Assembly (NCBI RefSeq): GCF_009914755.1
Contig: NC_060929.1
Direction: 5' to 3' (one strand)
Length of the DNA: 64,000 nt
Source: the human T2T-CHM13v2.0 reference genome, Homo sapiens
The notes under the pieces were generated by a model. That model worked only from the letters and a program-made list of their open reading frames with translations. It did no database searches and was not told where the DNA came from. Of this stretch, positions 40,719 through 53,597 are shown in pieces; positions within the stretch are counted from its first letter, which is position 1, and every line of letters starts with the position of its first letter. The position numbers and the translations under genes are program-made.

Positions 40719-40959
40719 CTTTTTTTTTTTTTTTTTTTTTCTGATGCTGATTCTGAGTTAGGTTCCAGCTATTAGACGTATAGTAAAATAACCATTAGGC
40801 ACAAAACAACCCAGGTACATATTTCCGCCCTTCTCACGCTGGAAGCCAAAAATAACACCCAAGTAGAATTTATACTTTGTAGCTGAAAAACAAGTCTATT
40901 CCTGAGAGGAATATTTGGCTAAGTGAGTATGGTCAACACTCCAATAAAGATCATTGGTT

Positions 40960-42705
40960 AGATCTATGGATTATCCATTTAATGAATTAAAAACCAAATC
41001 CTCAATTAATTTAATTTAATTCAAAATACTTTGGTTAGCATATATACACACTTTTGTTGAGTTTATTCCTATGTGTGAAATTTCTGGGCTATCAGATATG
41101 CATACATTAAATATTAGATACTAATAACAGGTTTCCAAGTATTTATACCAGTTTACATTCCCACAGCAACAGTAATAAATTTTTAGTTGCTCTATAGCCT
41201 CATCAATAATTGGGATGGTCACTGATTTTTTTGTTCGCTTGTTTTGCTTTGTTTTAGTACTTCTGGTGAACATGTTGTGGTCTCATAGTTTTAATTTGTG
41301 ATTATGTTACACACTTTTTTAGTGTGTAATGATGTAAAACACCTTTTTCTTATGCTCATTCAGCATTAAGGTATCTCCTTAATACCTGTTCAGTCTTTTT
41401 CCATGTTCAATCTTTTTCCATTTTCCTATTAGATCACATATCTTTTCCTCTTTTATTTTAGGAGTTCTTTTGATATTCTAGAAATGAGTCCTTTGCAGTA
41501 TATATGTATTGCAATTATCTTCTATTCTGTGGCTTGCATTTTTATGTCCTTAGTGATGCCTTTTGATGAACAGAGGTTCTTGATTTTAATGAAGAGCAAT
41601 TTGTCAAATTTTTTCTTTCATGGTTACTGCATATTGTCCTAAGAAATATTTGCCTATCCACTAAGACCATGAAGATTTTCTCCTATGTTTTCCTTTAAAA
41701 GCTTAATTTTTTAGCTTTCACTTTCAAGTCTATGATTGACTTGGAATTAATTTTGTGCACAATGTGTGGTAGTGGGTCAATTTTCTTTTTTTCCTATATA
41801 AACATCTAATTTTCTCAACATCCTTTATTATAAACACATTCTTTTCTCCCACAGAATTGCAGTGGCACCTTTGTCCTAATCAACTGACTGTATATGTATG
41901 GGTCTGTTCTGCACTCTGTGTGCTCTTCTTTTGGTCTATTTGTCCATTCTTGTATCATACCACACTGTCTTAATTACTGTCGTTTATTAACACGTCTTGA
42001 AATCTGGTAGTATATATATCCTTCAACTTTGTTCTTTGTCAAGTATGTCTTTGCTATTCTTGACTCTGAGTTTCCTATAAACTTTAGAATCAGTTTTTCA
42101 AGTTCCTCAACCAAACCTTCTGAAATTTTGATAGGGATTGTACTGGATCTATAAATTAATATAGTAAAAACTGACATGCTAACAATATTGAATTGTCAAA
42201 CCCACAAACATAGTATAACCCTGAATTTATTTAGGCTTATTTATCTCAGTATATTTTGTAGTTTTTTGTAGCAGTCTAACATATCTTTTATTTGACTAAT
42301 TTCTAATGATTTGATATTTTTATTTTATTATAAATTAAATAATTCCTAATTAAAATAGTTAATTATCTGTTGTCAGCATAAATACAACTGACCTCTATAT
42401 ATTGACTTTAGTAAATTCACTTATTAATTGCCATAGTTTATCTGTACTCTTTTGTTTCCTATATGCAAATTGTGTAATCTACAAATAATGACAATTTCAT
42501 TATTTCCTCTCTCATCCTTATGCATTTTACACCTACTTTTAGGTATTTTTATTGACTAGACTCTCTAGTAAAATATTGAAAAGAAGTGATGATATTATGC
42601 ATCGTTATCTCATTCCTGATCTCACAGGAAAAGCTTTCAATACTTCACCATTAAATATTATATTTACTGTAGATACTTTGTAGATACCTTATCATCAGAT
42701 TAATT
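40960..42705 (-). mobile_element. Old L1M (L1ME/M4-5-like) ORF2 3' fragment
   Basis: Remnant IPIKISEGLVEELEKLILKFI...RIAKTYL (41974-42177). T-rich antisense L1 pattern. Confidence 0.8.
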
Positions 42706-42744
42706 ATATAGTTGTACCACAAACACAGTCACAGAACTGTTCAG

Positions 42745-42925
42745 CACATCAGTATTCTTTAGAACCAAAAACTAGAAGCAAACTGAGGACTCATCAACAG
42801 TAGAATGGACAGATAAATGTGATATATCCATACAATAGAATACTATACAGCAATATAAAAGGATTCTGTACCCAACAGAATCAATGGTGATTCTTACAGA
42901 CATAATGCTCAGTGAAAGGATGTGT
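42745..42925 (+). mobile_element. L1ME 3' fragment
   Basis: catcaacagtagaatggacagataaatgtgatatatccatacaatagaatactatacagcaat...acataatgctcagtgaaag. Confidence 0.72.
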
Positions 42926-42979
42926 GTACCTGCTTCATGTAAACCAGCGTCCTTCTGAACCAGGGCACAGCTGTCCTCC

Positions 42980-43380
42980 TGGGATTCCCCATAGTCCCTA
43001 GATCCCTTTGCCTTCTTATTCTCTTTCCCCATGTATTCTTCTTTCTTGGTTTACTCCCCTCTCTTAGTGGCCCATGTTCTTCAATAGTTTTCTTAGAAAA
43101 TACGTGTGGAAATTACATTTTTTTAGATCTTACATATATGAAATGTATTTATTCTATATTTTTATGTGATTGGTAGTTGGGCAGGATATAGAATTCTAGA
43201 TTGGAAATCATTTTGAAGGCATTATCCCAACAGGGTTGCTTCTGAGACATCAGAAGAAATTCTGATTCCTGATACTTTGTACATGACCTATTTGTTTTCC
43301 TCTTCTCTGGAGATATTTAAGATTCTCTCCTTACCCTCAGTGCACTGAATTTCCCAGTAATATGTCCCTTGCAATCTGGA
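42980..43380 (-). mobile_element. HAL1/L1ME ORF1-region fragment
   Basis: tgattggtagttgggcaggatatagaattctagattggaaatcatttt...ctgattcctgatactttgta. Confidence 0.6.
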
Positions 43381-43719
43381 AGAGCCTACCTAGCACATCC
43401 TACAATAGGCAACATAGAGCAAATAGCGTAAATTAGAATTTCAGCACAGATTTTTGCCACCCTCTACAGGTATTTAGGAATATACCAACTTCTGATTTTT
43501 ACTGCATTTTTACTAGTCTTGTTTCTTTTGATCATTTCCTGGTTGTAGTAGCTTCTAAGCCCCCTTTCCTTCCTCACAAATCATTGAATTGCAAGGAAAG
43601 AAAAACTTTGCAATTACTTTTCACTCCTGCTTTTATTTCCCACAATGTGTTTTCTGTCCAAGTGGTTGTTCCATTTTCTTCCTTTTATCATGTTTTTTAG
43701 GGAATTTGGGGAGAGGATG

Positions 43720-44172
43720 TTACATTAGTTAGGACTCAGTTGCAAGAGGTAGAAATCCAGCTTGAGCTAGCTTGAGCCAAAAAACAGAGAGGGAGGAATT
43801 TACTAGGAGGATATATAATCAAGCCACAGGAAATACAGATTCTGTTGGGCTTTAGAAACAACTAGACCAGGGGCTGAACATCATCTAAATCAAGTATCTA
43901 CCTCCTGTCTCTGATTTTCTCTGATATCTTTATTATTTTCTCTTGAAGTTTTATCTACATAACAAAAAAATATGGTCACTAATAACTCCAGAGTTCTACA
44001 ACTAATGACTTTGACTAGCAAAGCACAACTTAGGTGCCCAGTTTTAGATCAATTGACTATAGACAGGGAATTAGGGTCACAGCACAATAATGCCAACATG
44101 TAGATAGTAGGGAAGGAGGACAGTCCCTAATTACAGGTGCTGGTGCTCAGCAGGCAATCCCATAGATGTTTC
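43720..44172 (-). mobile_element. MLT1K/L-like MaLR LTR
   Basis: attagttaggactcagttgcaagaggtagaaatccagcttgagctagcttgagc. Confidence 0.62.
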
Positions 44173-45256
44173 TTATAATAAACCTTCTTTTCAAGATGTA
44201 GGATATAGATGTTGAGATGATGCTTACTGAAGAAGTATCACGCTTCTCTGAGATACTGTGGCCAAATCCTCCATGTGACTAAATGATATTTTGGCATCCA
44301 GATCCTACTGGACACAATGCATAGAGAATAGACATCCCAGGCCAGGAACTAGGTTAAATCACTAATATCTGTTTTCCAAATTCATATTGAAAACTCAGTA
44401 AATATTATATTTGTGATAGTAAGTGCCCTACTTAGTAAAGACTAGATACAAACATACAGATTTACCTTAATGGACTTGATTAGTAACTAACCAATACCCA
44501 AATCCGCAGATAATTTCCCCCCAAACTTCTGTTTCACTGGTTGTGTAGAGTTGACTCAAAAGGCCCGGATAGAAAAGAATGTCTATTCCTTAGTGGACAC
44601 TGAGCTCCCTGAATATGTTATAATTTCATGCAGGACAACAGAGACCTTCAAAAACTTTAACTCCAACATTAATAAAAGCAGAAGGAATACGATTTTGTGT
44701 CACACTTCTTTTACTCATTGTAATTGGAATGCTGGGTTCTTAGATCTTTCTGAATTCTTTTCTGCTTCTCTTAGCATTTCACTCACCTTTTGCTTTGTTC
44801 TTGATTCTCTTTTAAATATTGCTTTCTCTTTTTCACTGCTAGCTCTCTTCAACTTTTTGTTGAGATGGTTATCTAAGTGAAAAACAGAATTTCTTCTAAA
44901 GAAAGCAAAACTCCAACTTGCAGTTGTGAAAAGTATTTTACACTATTTTTGTATAATTACTTTCGTTTTCTGTAGTGGAGCAGCTGAGAAAAATTGCTCT
45001 AATTGTGTAATTTTCTGCAACTACTCTGGGACAAAAATCTTGGTAATTGGATTTTTTTAACTAACAAGTTGTCACAATTGGATAGTTCTTAAACTATTTT
45101 GTGCTTATGCTTCAGAAATTTTCAGTGGATGTACAGTATATTTTAAATGTTTTGCATCAGCTCGTGGTCTCAAATTTGATTTATTTTAACTTCAAATTTT
45201 AAAATAGATTGACAACTCTGATTATACATTGTCTTCACTAAACGGACCTTTGCTAA

Positions 45257-45465
45257 GTTTCCTAGCATGTTCGTCCCCACCCCACACTCTCCTGTTGCCA
45301 TGGGAGCAGAAATCCTGGCATGTGCAGCTCCAGCTCCCGAGTGGCTCTGTTTCCCAGAGTGCTTTGCTGTTACTATGGAAATGACTGCCCATTAATCTTG
45401 CTGTCCTTTTACTACCAAAGCACCTTTAACTGTCTCAAGCAATCAAGTGATGTTACCTACAGCAG
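45257..45465. promoter_or_regulatory. Cluster of RFX X-box-like motifs (candidate enhancer)
   Basis: GTTGCCATGGGAGC (45294-45307), GTTACTATGGAAAT (45369-45382) and GTTTCCTAGCAT (45257-45268), in non-repeat sequence. Confidence 0.45.
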
Positions 45466-46363
45466 GGAAAGGAAGGAGAAGACTGCTTCCCATTCTACAA
45501 CTGCAGCACTGATTTTAATCAAGATTTAATCAGGGAGCAGAGAGAACTAAAGCTACTCTAACAGCTCTTTTAAAAATATACAAAGCAGGATCCTTCTTGA
45601 TACGCAGACAGGTGCCCTTGTTCATTCCCTTGTTTGAGACCTCTGAGAAAACATACTATGTATTTTTAAAGCTACATTTGTGTTTCATAGATATTGCAAA
45701 ACAGCACAATGGAATCAGAACAAGTGGCCACACATTTTTACTGATGAAAAGAATGTAATGCTTACTACAAATTTTCTGAAGAATGTGTTTTTAGGAATAG
45801 TCATGAAAACTACCCCCAAAAAATCGCCCTGCTGACTTAAATGAAACCTTATCATCCTATGGAACTTGAGGAGCAGTAAACATGAGTCAAGAGAAAATTA
45901 GTTAATGAGTTAAAGATACTTTTATAAACTTTGCATTTTTCTTCTATTACAGGTTAGGCATCTATGAAATTTTAAATTTGACTGTATGGTAATTTGTGCA
46001 AAATGAAAGTAGGACTTACTGGTAATTCTAGAAGAATTTTCCAAGTCACCAGAAAGAGTATTGAAAACAAATCTTGGCTGGCCCACCCTGAATCTGAGAG
46101 TATCACTGGAAAGATTAGACTGGTTCCGAAACATGACAGATGCCCAATAGCTGATTTTGGAAAATAGGAATATTTAAGTGGTATCAATATATGGGGCATG
46201 TGGGGGAAGGATCTAGTTGATGCCTGCAGCACAAAAAGAGGCTGCTTTTGCTCTGAAAATAATCAAATGGTATTGATGTTGGGTGAAGAAGAGGGAAAAA
46301 TCTTGGTGGGGAAATCAACACAAAAGACCAGGAGTATCCCTACCTTTCTAAAGAGCCATAGAA

Positions 46364-46712
<349 letters not shown>

Positions 46713-46738
46713 CTATTGCTTTGGCCCTCTGCCCTGCT

Positions 46739-46883
46739 GGAAGGAAGAAAGGGAGGGAAGGAGAGAGAAGGGAAGAAAGGAGGGAGGGAGGACAGGAAGG
46801 AAGGAAGAAAGAAAGAAAGGGAGGGAGAAACAGAGAAGGGAAGGAGAGAGGGAAAGAAGGAAGGAAGGGAGGAAAGGAGGAAA
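46739..46883. repeat. GA-rich polypurine tract (GGAA/GGGA/GAAA)
   Basis: About 145 bp of almost pure purine. Confidence 0.92.
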
Positions 46884-47155
46884 TTTTAGGAGATTTGTTC
46901 AAATGTCTGATAGGAAAGAATGTATGTCCATAAGCTCACCACTTATACAAAGGTTAGGAAAGTTTTCCCAGAATAACAGATCATGGAGATAGATTAAAAT
47001 GAGAGGGGAAAAAAATCAGATTGGTTTAAAACCATCAAAAAAATGTAAAGTGGAAGCTTTTAGCATTTGAACATCATACTATCATCAATCAGCAGCCTGA
47101 TTGGTTAAGCCTGAGTGCTCTGTCATCCCCTCAATGGTATGTTTCCACTCCGTTT

Positions 47156-48555
47156 TGGATTAGTTCTAGGATTGCTGTGACAAAGTACCACAAACAGGGT
47201 GTCTTACAACAACAGAAATTTATTGGTTCACAGTTCTGGAAGTTAGAAGTCTGAAATCCAGATATGCACAGGGCCGTGCTGCCTCTGAAACCTGTAGGAG
47301 AGAATCCTTCCTTGCTCCTTTAGTTGATGATATTGCCAGCAGCCAATGGCATTGCTTGGCATGGAGATGTATCACTCCAATATCTGCCCCCATTATCGCA
47401 TGGCTGACTTCTCTCGTGTTTCTCCACATCTGCTTCCCTCTGTGTATTCTTGTGTCCAAATTTCCTTCTACCAAAAAATACACCAGTCACATGGGATTAA
47501 AAGCCCATCCTTCTACAAAAAACTCAAACAAATTTACAAGAAAAAAACAAACAACCCCATCAACAAGTGGGTTAAGGATATAAACAGGCACTTTTCAAAA
47601 GAAGACATTTATGCAGCCAACAGACACATGAAAAAATGCTCACCATCACTGGCCATCAGAGAAATGCAAATCAAAACCACAAGGAGATACCATCTCACAC
47701 CAGTTAGAGTGGTGATCATTAAAAAGTCAGGAAACAGGTGCTGGAGAGGATGTGGAGAAATAGGAACACTTTTACACTGTTGATGGGACTGTAAACTAGT
47801 TCAACCATTGTGGAAGACAGTATGGCGATTCCTCAAGGATCTAAAACTAGAAATACCATTTGACCCAGCCATCCCATTACTGGGTATATACCCAAAGGAT
47901 TATAAATCATGCTGCTATAAAGACACATGCACACGTATGTTTATTGTGGCACTATTCACAATAGCAAAGACTTGGAACCAACCCAAATGTCCAACAATGA
48001 TAGACTGGATTAAGAAAATGTGGCACATATACACCATGGAATACTATGCAGCCATAAAAAATGATGAGTTCATGTCCTTTGTAGGGACATGGGTGAAGCT
48101 GGAAACCATCATTCTCAGCAAACTATCGCAAGGTGAAAAAACCAAACACTGCATGTTCTCACTCATAGGTGGGAATTGAACAATGAGAACACTTGGACAC
48201 AGGAAGGGGAACACCACTCACCGGGGCCTGTTATGGGGTGGGGGGAGGGGGCAGGGATAGAATTACTAGATATACCTAATGCTAAATGACGAGTTAATGG
48301 GTGCAGCACACCAACATGGCACATGTATACATATGTAACTAACCTGCACGCTGTGCACATGTACCCTAGAACTTAAAGTATAATAAATATATATAATATA
48401 TAAAAAATTGTAAAAAGCCCATCCTACTCCAACATGATCTTAGCTTCACTAACCACATCAGTAACCACCCTATTTCCAAATAAGATCAAATTCTGAGGTA
48501 CAGGTGATTGGACTTCAGTATATCTTTTAGGGGGGCACAATTCATGCCATAATAC
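47156..48555 (-). mobile_element. MLT1C-like MaLR LTR, split by L1PA
   Basis: attagttctaggattgctgtgacaaagtaccacaaac...gggattaaaagcccatcct | actccaacatga...ctatttccaaataag...gggcacaattcatgccataata. Confidence 0.85.
47512..48412 (+). mobile_element. L1PA (PA3-5-like), 5'-truncated ~900 bp: ORF2 C-terminus and 3'UTR
   Basis: ORF2 end ...[31 protein letters not shown]...MFSLIGGN* (to 48179). Perfect TSD aaaagcccatcct (47499-47511 / 48413-48425). Confidence 0.95.
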
Positions 48556-48740
48556 CTTATCTCATAAAGATTATCAGGAGAGTTATACAGAAAAATTAGC
48601 GAACAATTATAAAAGTCAGCTATCGGGTATCTTAATTACTTTTTGTCACCTGAATTCCTTCAGTTTGTTGGGGTACAAGTTAATAGAGTCATGTTTATTA
48701 AAGCTTAATTTAGTCTCACATCCAGGAGTCTACCCATGAC

Positions 48741-48790
48741 ATGACGATGATGATGGTGATGATGATGATGGGGATGGTGAGGATGGTAAT
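48741..48790. repeat. Imperfect (GAT/GGT)n repeat at a MIR tail
   Basis: Direct reading. Confidence 0.8.
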
Positions 48791-48794
48791 CACG

Positions 48795-48975
48795 GTGGCA
48801 GCTAACGCTTACTGAGTGCTCATTATGAGCCAGGTGGTATTCTAAATTCTTTATCTGTATTAATTCATTTATTCCTTATGACCACCCATGAGGAAGTTTC
48901 CTATTATTTTCCCCATTTTACAGATGAGGAAAGTGAAGCACAGAGAGGTTAGATGAAGCAGGTCAGCCCGCAGAA
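48795..48975 (-). mobile_element. MIR
   Basis: tattttccccattttacagatgaggaaagtgaagcacagagaggtta. Confidence 0.85.
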
Positions 48976-49039
48976 ATTCCACTACAGCATCTCTATAAGT
49001 ATAGCCTCCTACTCTGAAGACCTCAATATGATCACACTG

Positions 49040-49396
49040 TGATACGGTTTGGCTCTGTATCCCCACCCAAATCTCACCTTGGATTGTAATAATCTCCACT
49101 TGTCAAGGGTGGGACCACGTGGAGACAACTGAATCATGGGGGGCAGTTTCACCCATGCTGTTCTCATGATAGTGAGTGAGTTCTCACGAGATCTGATGGT
49201 TTTATAAGGGGCTTCCCCCCTTAGCTCAGCACACATTTTCTCTCCTGCTGTCCTGTGAAGAGGTAGTGTCCACCATGATTGTAAGTTTCCTCAGACCTCC
49301 CCAGCCATGCAGAACTGAGTCAATTAAACCTCTTTTCTTTATCAATTACCCAGTCTTGGGTATTTCTTCATAGCACCATGAAAACAGACTATTACA
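49040..49396 (+). mobile_element. THE1 (THE1C-like) solo LTR
   Basis: tgatacggtttggctctgtatccccacccaaatctcacctt...caattaaacctc...cagactattaca. Perfect TSD CACTG (49035-49039 / 49397-49401). Confidence 0.93.
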
Positions 49397-50349
49397 CACT
49401 GAAACCTAGAGCTTCCTGACTTAGAGAACAATTTTCACCCACACAACCCCCTAAAATTAATGCAGGATGGAACTACCTAGATGGTCTTTTATATCTTTAC
49501 ATCAGCCCCCATTTCCCTTCCTATATGAAAATGAATATGTACACACCTGCCTACATGTGAGGCAATACACAAGGCATCTTGACTTACACAGGCTGAACCT
49601 CAAATGCTATCTCAATGTTATTTTTATACCTGTAGAATGGATCCACTTCATACTAAGTTTAGATATAGGAGTGTGAATTCCTTCCCCAATAGGAAAAAAA
49701 AAATTTTGAAGTTACTAGCCTAGGAACAATACATTTAAAAGTGTGTATTGTTGTGGATTATTTAGATCTTGAAGAGCCAGAGTGATTTACAGCAATTAAG
49801 ATATCAAGAGAGACAGATATCATTCTCTTGAGATTTCTTGGATGAATTAGAGGAGCATCCTGATTTCACTTGTTTGTCTGTCCGTGTATTTAATTAGTTC
49901 CACCAGGCAACAAAACAAATGCTTTATTGTATACTCATCAGATCTTCAATGTCCTAGGATGACTTTATGTAAAAACAGCCATCTTGAAAAATACAAAATA
50001 ACATAAATGCACTTGTCTGAGCCTGAATGTTAGGAACAGAAACCCATGTGTAATGTAAACATTTTTTCATAAAATTTAAAAGTTTAACATCATGTGCATT
50101 CAATCATAATTAAAAAACAAGTAAGTTGATAAATTATGCAGAAAGCCACCAAATATCCAGAAAGATCAGCCAGAAAGGAATATCAACCATGAGACCCAAC
50201 CTCCTTTTCCTCTTTTACCCTCAAACTTGGTCTTTTAGGAAAAGGAGGCTGATTGACCAGTAGCGATCTCAACCTTAACTTGACCCATCTCTTTCCCTGG
50301 CATCTTACAAATTATGGTAGCAATAAATAAGTATCCACACTTGCTCATA

Positions 50350-50350
50350 T

Positions 50351-50390
<40 letters not shown>

Positions 50391-50411
50391 ACACACACAC
50401 ACGCACACACA
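50350..50411. repeat. Compound (TC)n(CA)n microsatellite
   Basis: Direct reading. Confidence 0.9.
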
Positions 50412-50724
50412 AAATAACCAAACACACCTGCCCCTGTACAAATACCCTGTTGTAGACTCACGCATGTAGACGAGTATATTTTCAGGTAACAACGAAAAAA
50501 AATGGTGCTCCTGAACTTAACTTGGAAATAATGTCCACGATTGCAATTGCAGATAATCTTAGACAGCTAAAAAACTGGAAATTGAAAACAATTCATCAAT
50601 TTCTCAGACCAGGCCTGAATAAATCTCTATAAACCTAAGTAATGTTTAGTCTCATCTTCAAGGGTTTGATGCCTGAATTTCCTTTTTATCCATAAAATGA
50701 TAGTCTTGTTAAATTAAGACTATC

Positions 50725-50891
50725 TTTTTTTTTTTTTTTTGAGACGTGTTCTCACTCTGTCACCCAAGTTGGAGTGCAGTGGTACAACCTCAGCTCACCG
50801 CAGTCTCAACCTCCCCAGGCTCAGGTGATTCTCCCACCTCAGCCTCCCAAGTAACTGGGACTACAAGGTGTGTGCCACCACACCCAGCTAA
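50725..50891 (-). mobile_element. Alu right monomer (5'-truncated AluJ or FRAM)
   Basis: Poly(T) followed by gagac...ggctcaggtgattctcccacctcagcc...cccagctaa. No left arm. Confidence 0.85.
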
Positions 50892-51404
50892 ATCTCCACC
50901 CTTCTTAATGGGGAAAACCATCATACAGCATTTCTGGGTTGGAAGCCCCTTATAGATCCCTCCTTGTCCCTTCCCTTCCACCTTTATCTCTCACCACACA
51001 GCCTGCAAATAATAAAGTTTCTCAATTACCTCAAATTTCTAATTGACCTCAAGTAGCCCAGCCCTAATCTAACTTTACTCATCTCCTATTCAAAGGTTCC
51101 CATTCCATATAATAAATACACAATCTCTCAGAGTAAATTATAAACATTTCATGCTTAAAAGTGATGGCAGTCAGAATCAAGAACCTTAATGGAAGGGCAA
51201 AATATGGAAGAAAGTCATTAGATTATAGAGAAAGAGAAAACCATCTTTTCCCTATCATTTTTCATTTTTTCATCTAAAGCAGGATTTCTCAAATAATCCT
51301 CTACAGTATTTTAAATAATGCTAATATATATCAGAATTTCAACTTTTAGAGATAGAAAACCCCACTACAGTGGCTTAAATGAATAAGGAATTTATTATCT
51401 CAAT

Positions 51405-51571
51405 ATTTTTTAAATTTATTTTTCTTTTTTTTTAAGAGACAAGGTCACCCGGGCTGGAGTGCCATGGTGTGAGTATAACTCACTGCAGCCTCGAACTCCT
51501 GGGCTCAAGTCATCTTCCCACCTTGGCCTCCCAAGGCACTGGGATTACAGATGCATGTCACCACACCCAGC
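51405..51571 (-). mobile_element. Free Alu monomer (FAM/FRAM-like) inside an old MLT1 fragment (~51335-51690)
   Basis: TSD tattatctcaat (51393-51404) / tattgtctcaat (51572-51583). The host reads aaacccactacagtggcttaaat...ggaatttatt...aacaagaag. Confidence 0.8.
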
Positions 51572-51690
51572 TATTGTCTCAATGAACAAGAAGCCCTGGG
51601 GCAGTCAACACAGGCAAGGCAAGACTTGTACAGGGTTGCAGTGCTGCAATCATCACCCTGATTTCACCCAACATTCTGCTCCAACCTTCT

Positions 51691-52150
51691 TGTAGCAGAC
51701 GATTTTGGTGTCCCATATCTGTAATTTCAGCCACAGTTGTAGTGGACAGTTTCATGTGAGCTCATGACAGAATCTCGTTTCAAAAATAAGCCACATGGCT
51801 TTTTAGTTTCTGCCTCAGGCCTTTCTCCAACTCTGAGAGGAACTTCTTAATCTTCATGCATGCACTATGTGCAGGGAGGTAAAGTCCCCAGGAGCAACCA
51901 ACAGTCAAAGAGAAGCAAGTGGACTGGCAATTTTAGGGGGAATTCTGTATGTGTCTTGGGGGTCCTGGTAGAACCTAATCCCATTAGTTACAGCATTGAC
52001 CTCAATGAATGCACCCTGATATTGGCTTTTCCTCCCTTTCTGCCTCACTCTATTTGCTCACATTTGCTTCTGGGATTACCTCCCAAATAAACTACCTGAA
52101 CTCGAAGTTCTTTTCTCAGGCTCTGTTTCTGAGGGAACAGGAAATAAATT
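51691..52150 (+). mobile_element. Old ERVL 5' LTR (LTR41/LTR16-like)
   Basis: tgtagcagac...ctgggattacctcccaaataaactacctg...ctcaggctctgtttctgagggaac, followed directly by internal sequence. Confidence 0.7.
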
Positions 52151-53087
52151 GCTACTGAAATTGGCCCCAGAGAGGCAGAGTTTGAGGACTGGAATTCTTG
52201 AACTGGATCGTTCACAGGTGTATAGCCACAGGACCCAATGCTAGTGGTAAGTGGGGTAGAAATAAGCTGTAGCAGAGTGTAACCTGCCAATTATGAAAAG
52301 TCTCACCTTTTGTGTATTGGAATAAGAACCAGGTGGAAGGGAAAGTATTTGGTGATGCAGAAGCCCTACATTTAAATGGTGTGGGGGCAGTGGTAATAAC
52401 TAGGATTGTGGAGTTGGCTGGGTTTTGTTACCTGCCTTGGAAGCCTTAGAGAAAGATAATGACAGATTTGAGAGGCCAATTACTAACTTAGGGCTTGCTG
52501 AAAAAAGTCAGAAGGCCTCCATGGCAGCACTTTAAGGGTTCATCTGCTGCAACTGGATGGTTCATTAAGCTAAAATCAGGTTCAGGTTTTATCATATGGG
52601 TTCAGCATTGACAGGTCTTCCATGCTAATGTCAGGGTCCTGAGAGAGAAGTGGGACTCTGGGACCTTGGATGGGGACATTGGAGCACCTGAAAAACATGG
52701 CACCTCCCCACCAGATTCCCCTGAAATCAAGCGTCTCTGCCCCTTGCTAGAGGAAAGCAATTGCACCTTGCCTGGAGAATATGCAAAGCTTTGCCTGGGA
52801 TGAATGCTTTGCAAAATTATGTTTGTCCTCCTTAAGATGAGCCCATGCCTCCCCTCACTGCTTCTGGACCAATAACTGGTCACACAGCCCCAGCAGAGAA
52901 ATAGTCTCAGCTGTGGGAAGAAACAGCTTGCTCATCAAGAGAACTGCAAGACCACCTGGAGCCAGGGGAACACGTGTGAGAAGGGAACTTAAGATTTTCA
53001 GGGAGGGGCAGCGAAGAAAAGGAGAGGGGTCTGAATATAAAACTGAAAGAGAGGTTATAGACACAGGAGCACTCTTACTATGCCTTT

Positions 53088-53407
53088 ATTTTTTTTTAGA
53101 GGTGGGGAGCAATGAGATTTTTTTTTTTTAAACAGTCTGGCTCTATCACTCAGGTTGGAGTGCTGTGGTGTGATCTTGGCTCCCTGCAGCCTCAACCTCC
53201 CTGGGCTCCTGCCATCCTCCCACCTCAGTCTCCCAAGTAGCTGGGACTACAGGCATGCATCACCATGCCCAGCTAATTTTTAAATTTTTGTAGAAGTGGG
53301 GTTTCGCCATGTTGCCCAGGCTGGTCTCCAACTCCTGAGCTCAACCAGTCTACCACCTCAGCCTCCCAAAGTGCTGGGATTACAGGTGTGAGCCATCATG
53401 CCCGGTC
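53088..53407 (-). mobile_element. AluJ with an interrupted tail
   Basis: J-diagnostic ctgcagcctcaacctccc and gttgcccaggctggtc. TSD atgccttt (53080-53087 / 53408-53415). Confidence 0.9.
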
Positions 53408-53597
53408 ATGCCTTTGATCTTAATATACCACTGAGTTGGCCCTTAAAGCTTAGAGATGATATGACCTGTAAGTAAAATGAAATGCCAAAACTGCCTTTCA
53501 GAGTATTGAGGAAGGTGTTAGTTCTGTCCCTCTAAAGAACCCTGACTAATACAGATTCTGGTACCAGGAGTGGTTCTAGAAGAACAGAATATTAAGG

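Noticed and set aside
47346-48179. 145-aa and 123-aa ORFs
   Set aside because: These are the L1PA ORF2 C-terminal remnant, partly fused by chance to MLT1C sequence. The element is 5'-truncated and frameshifted.
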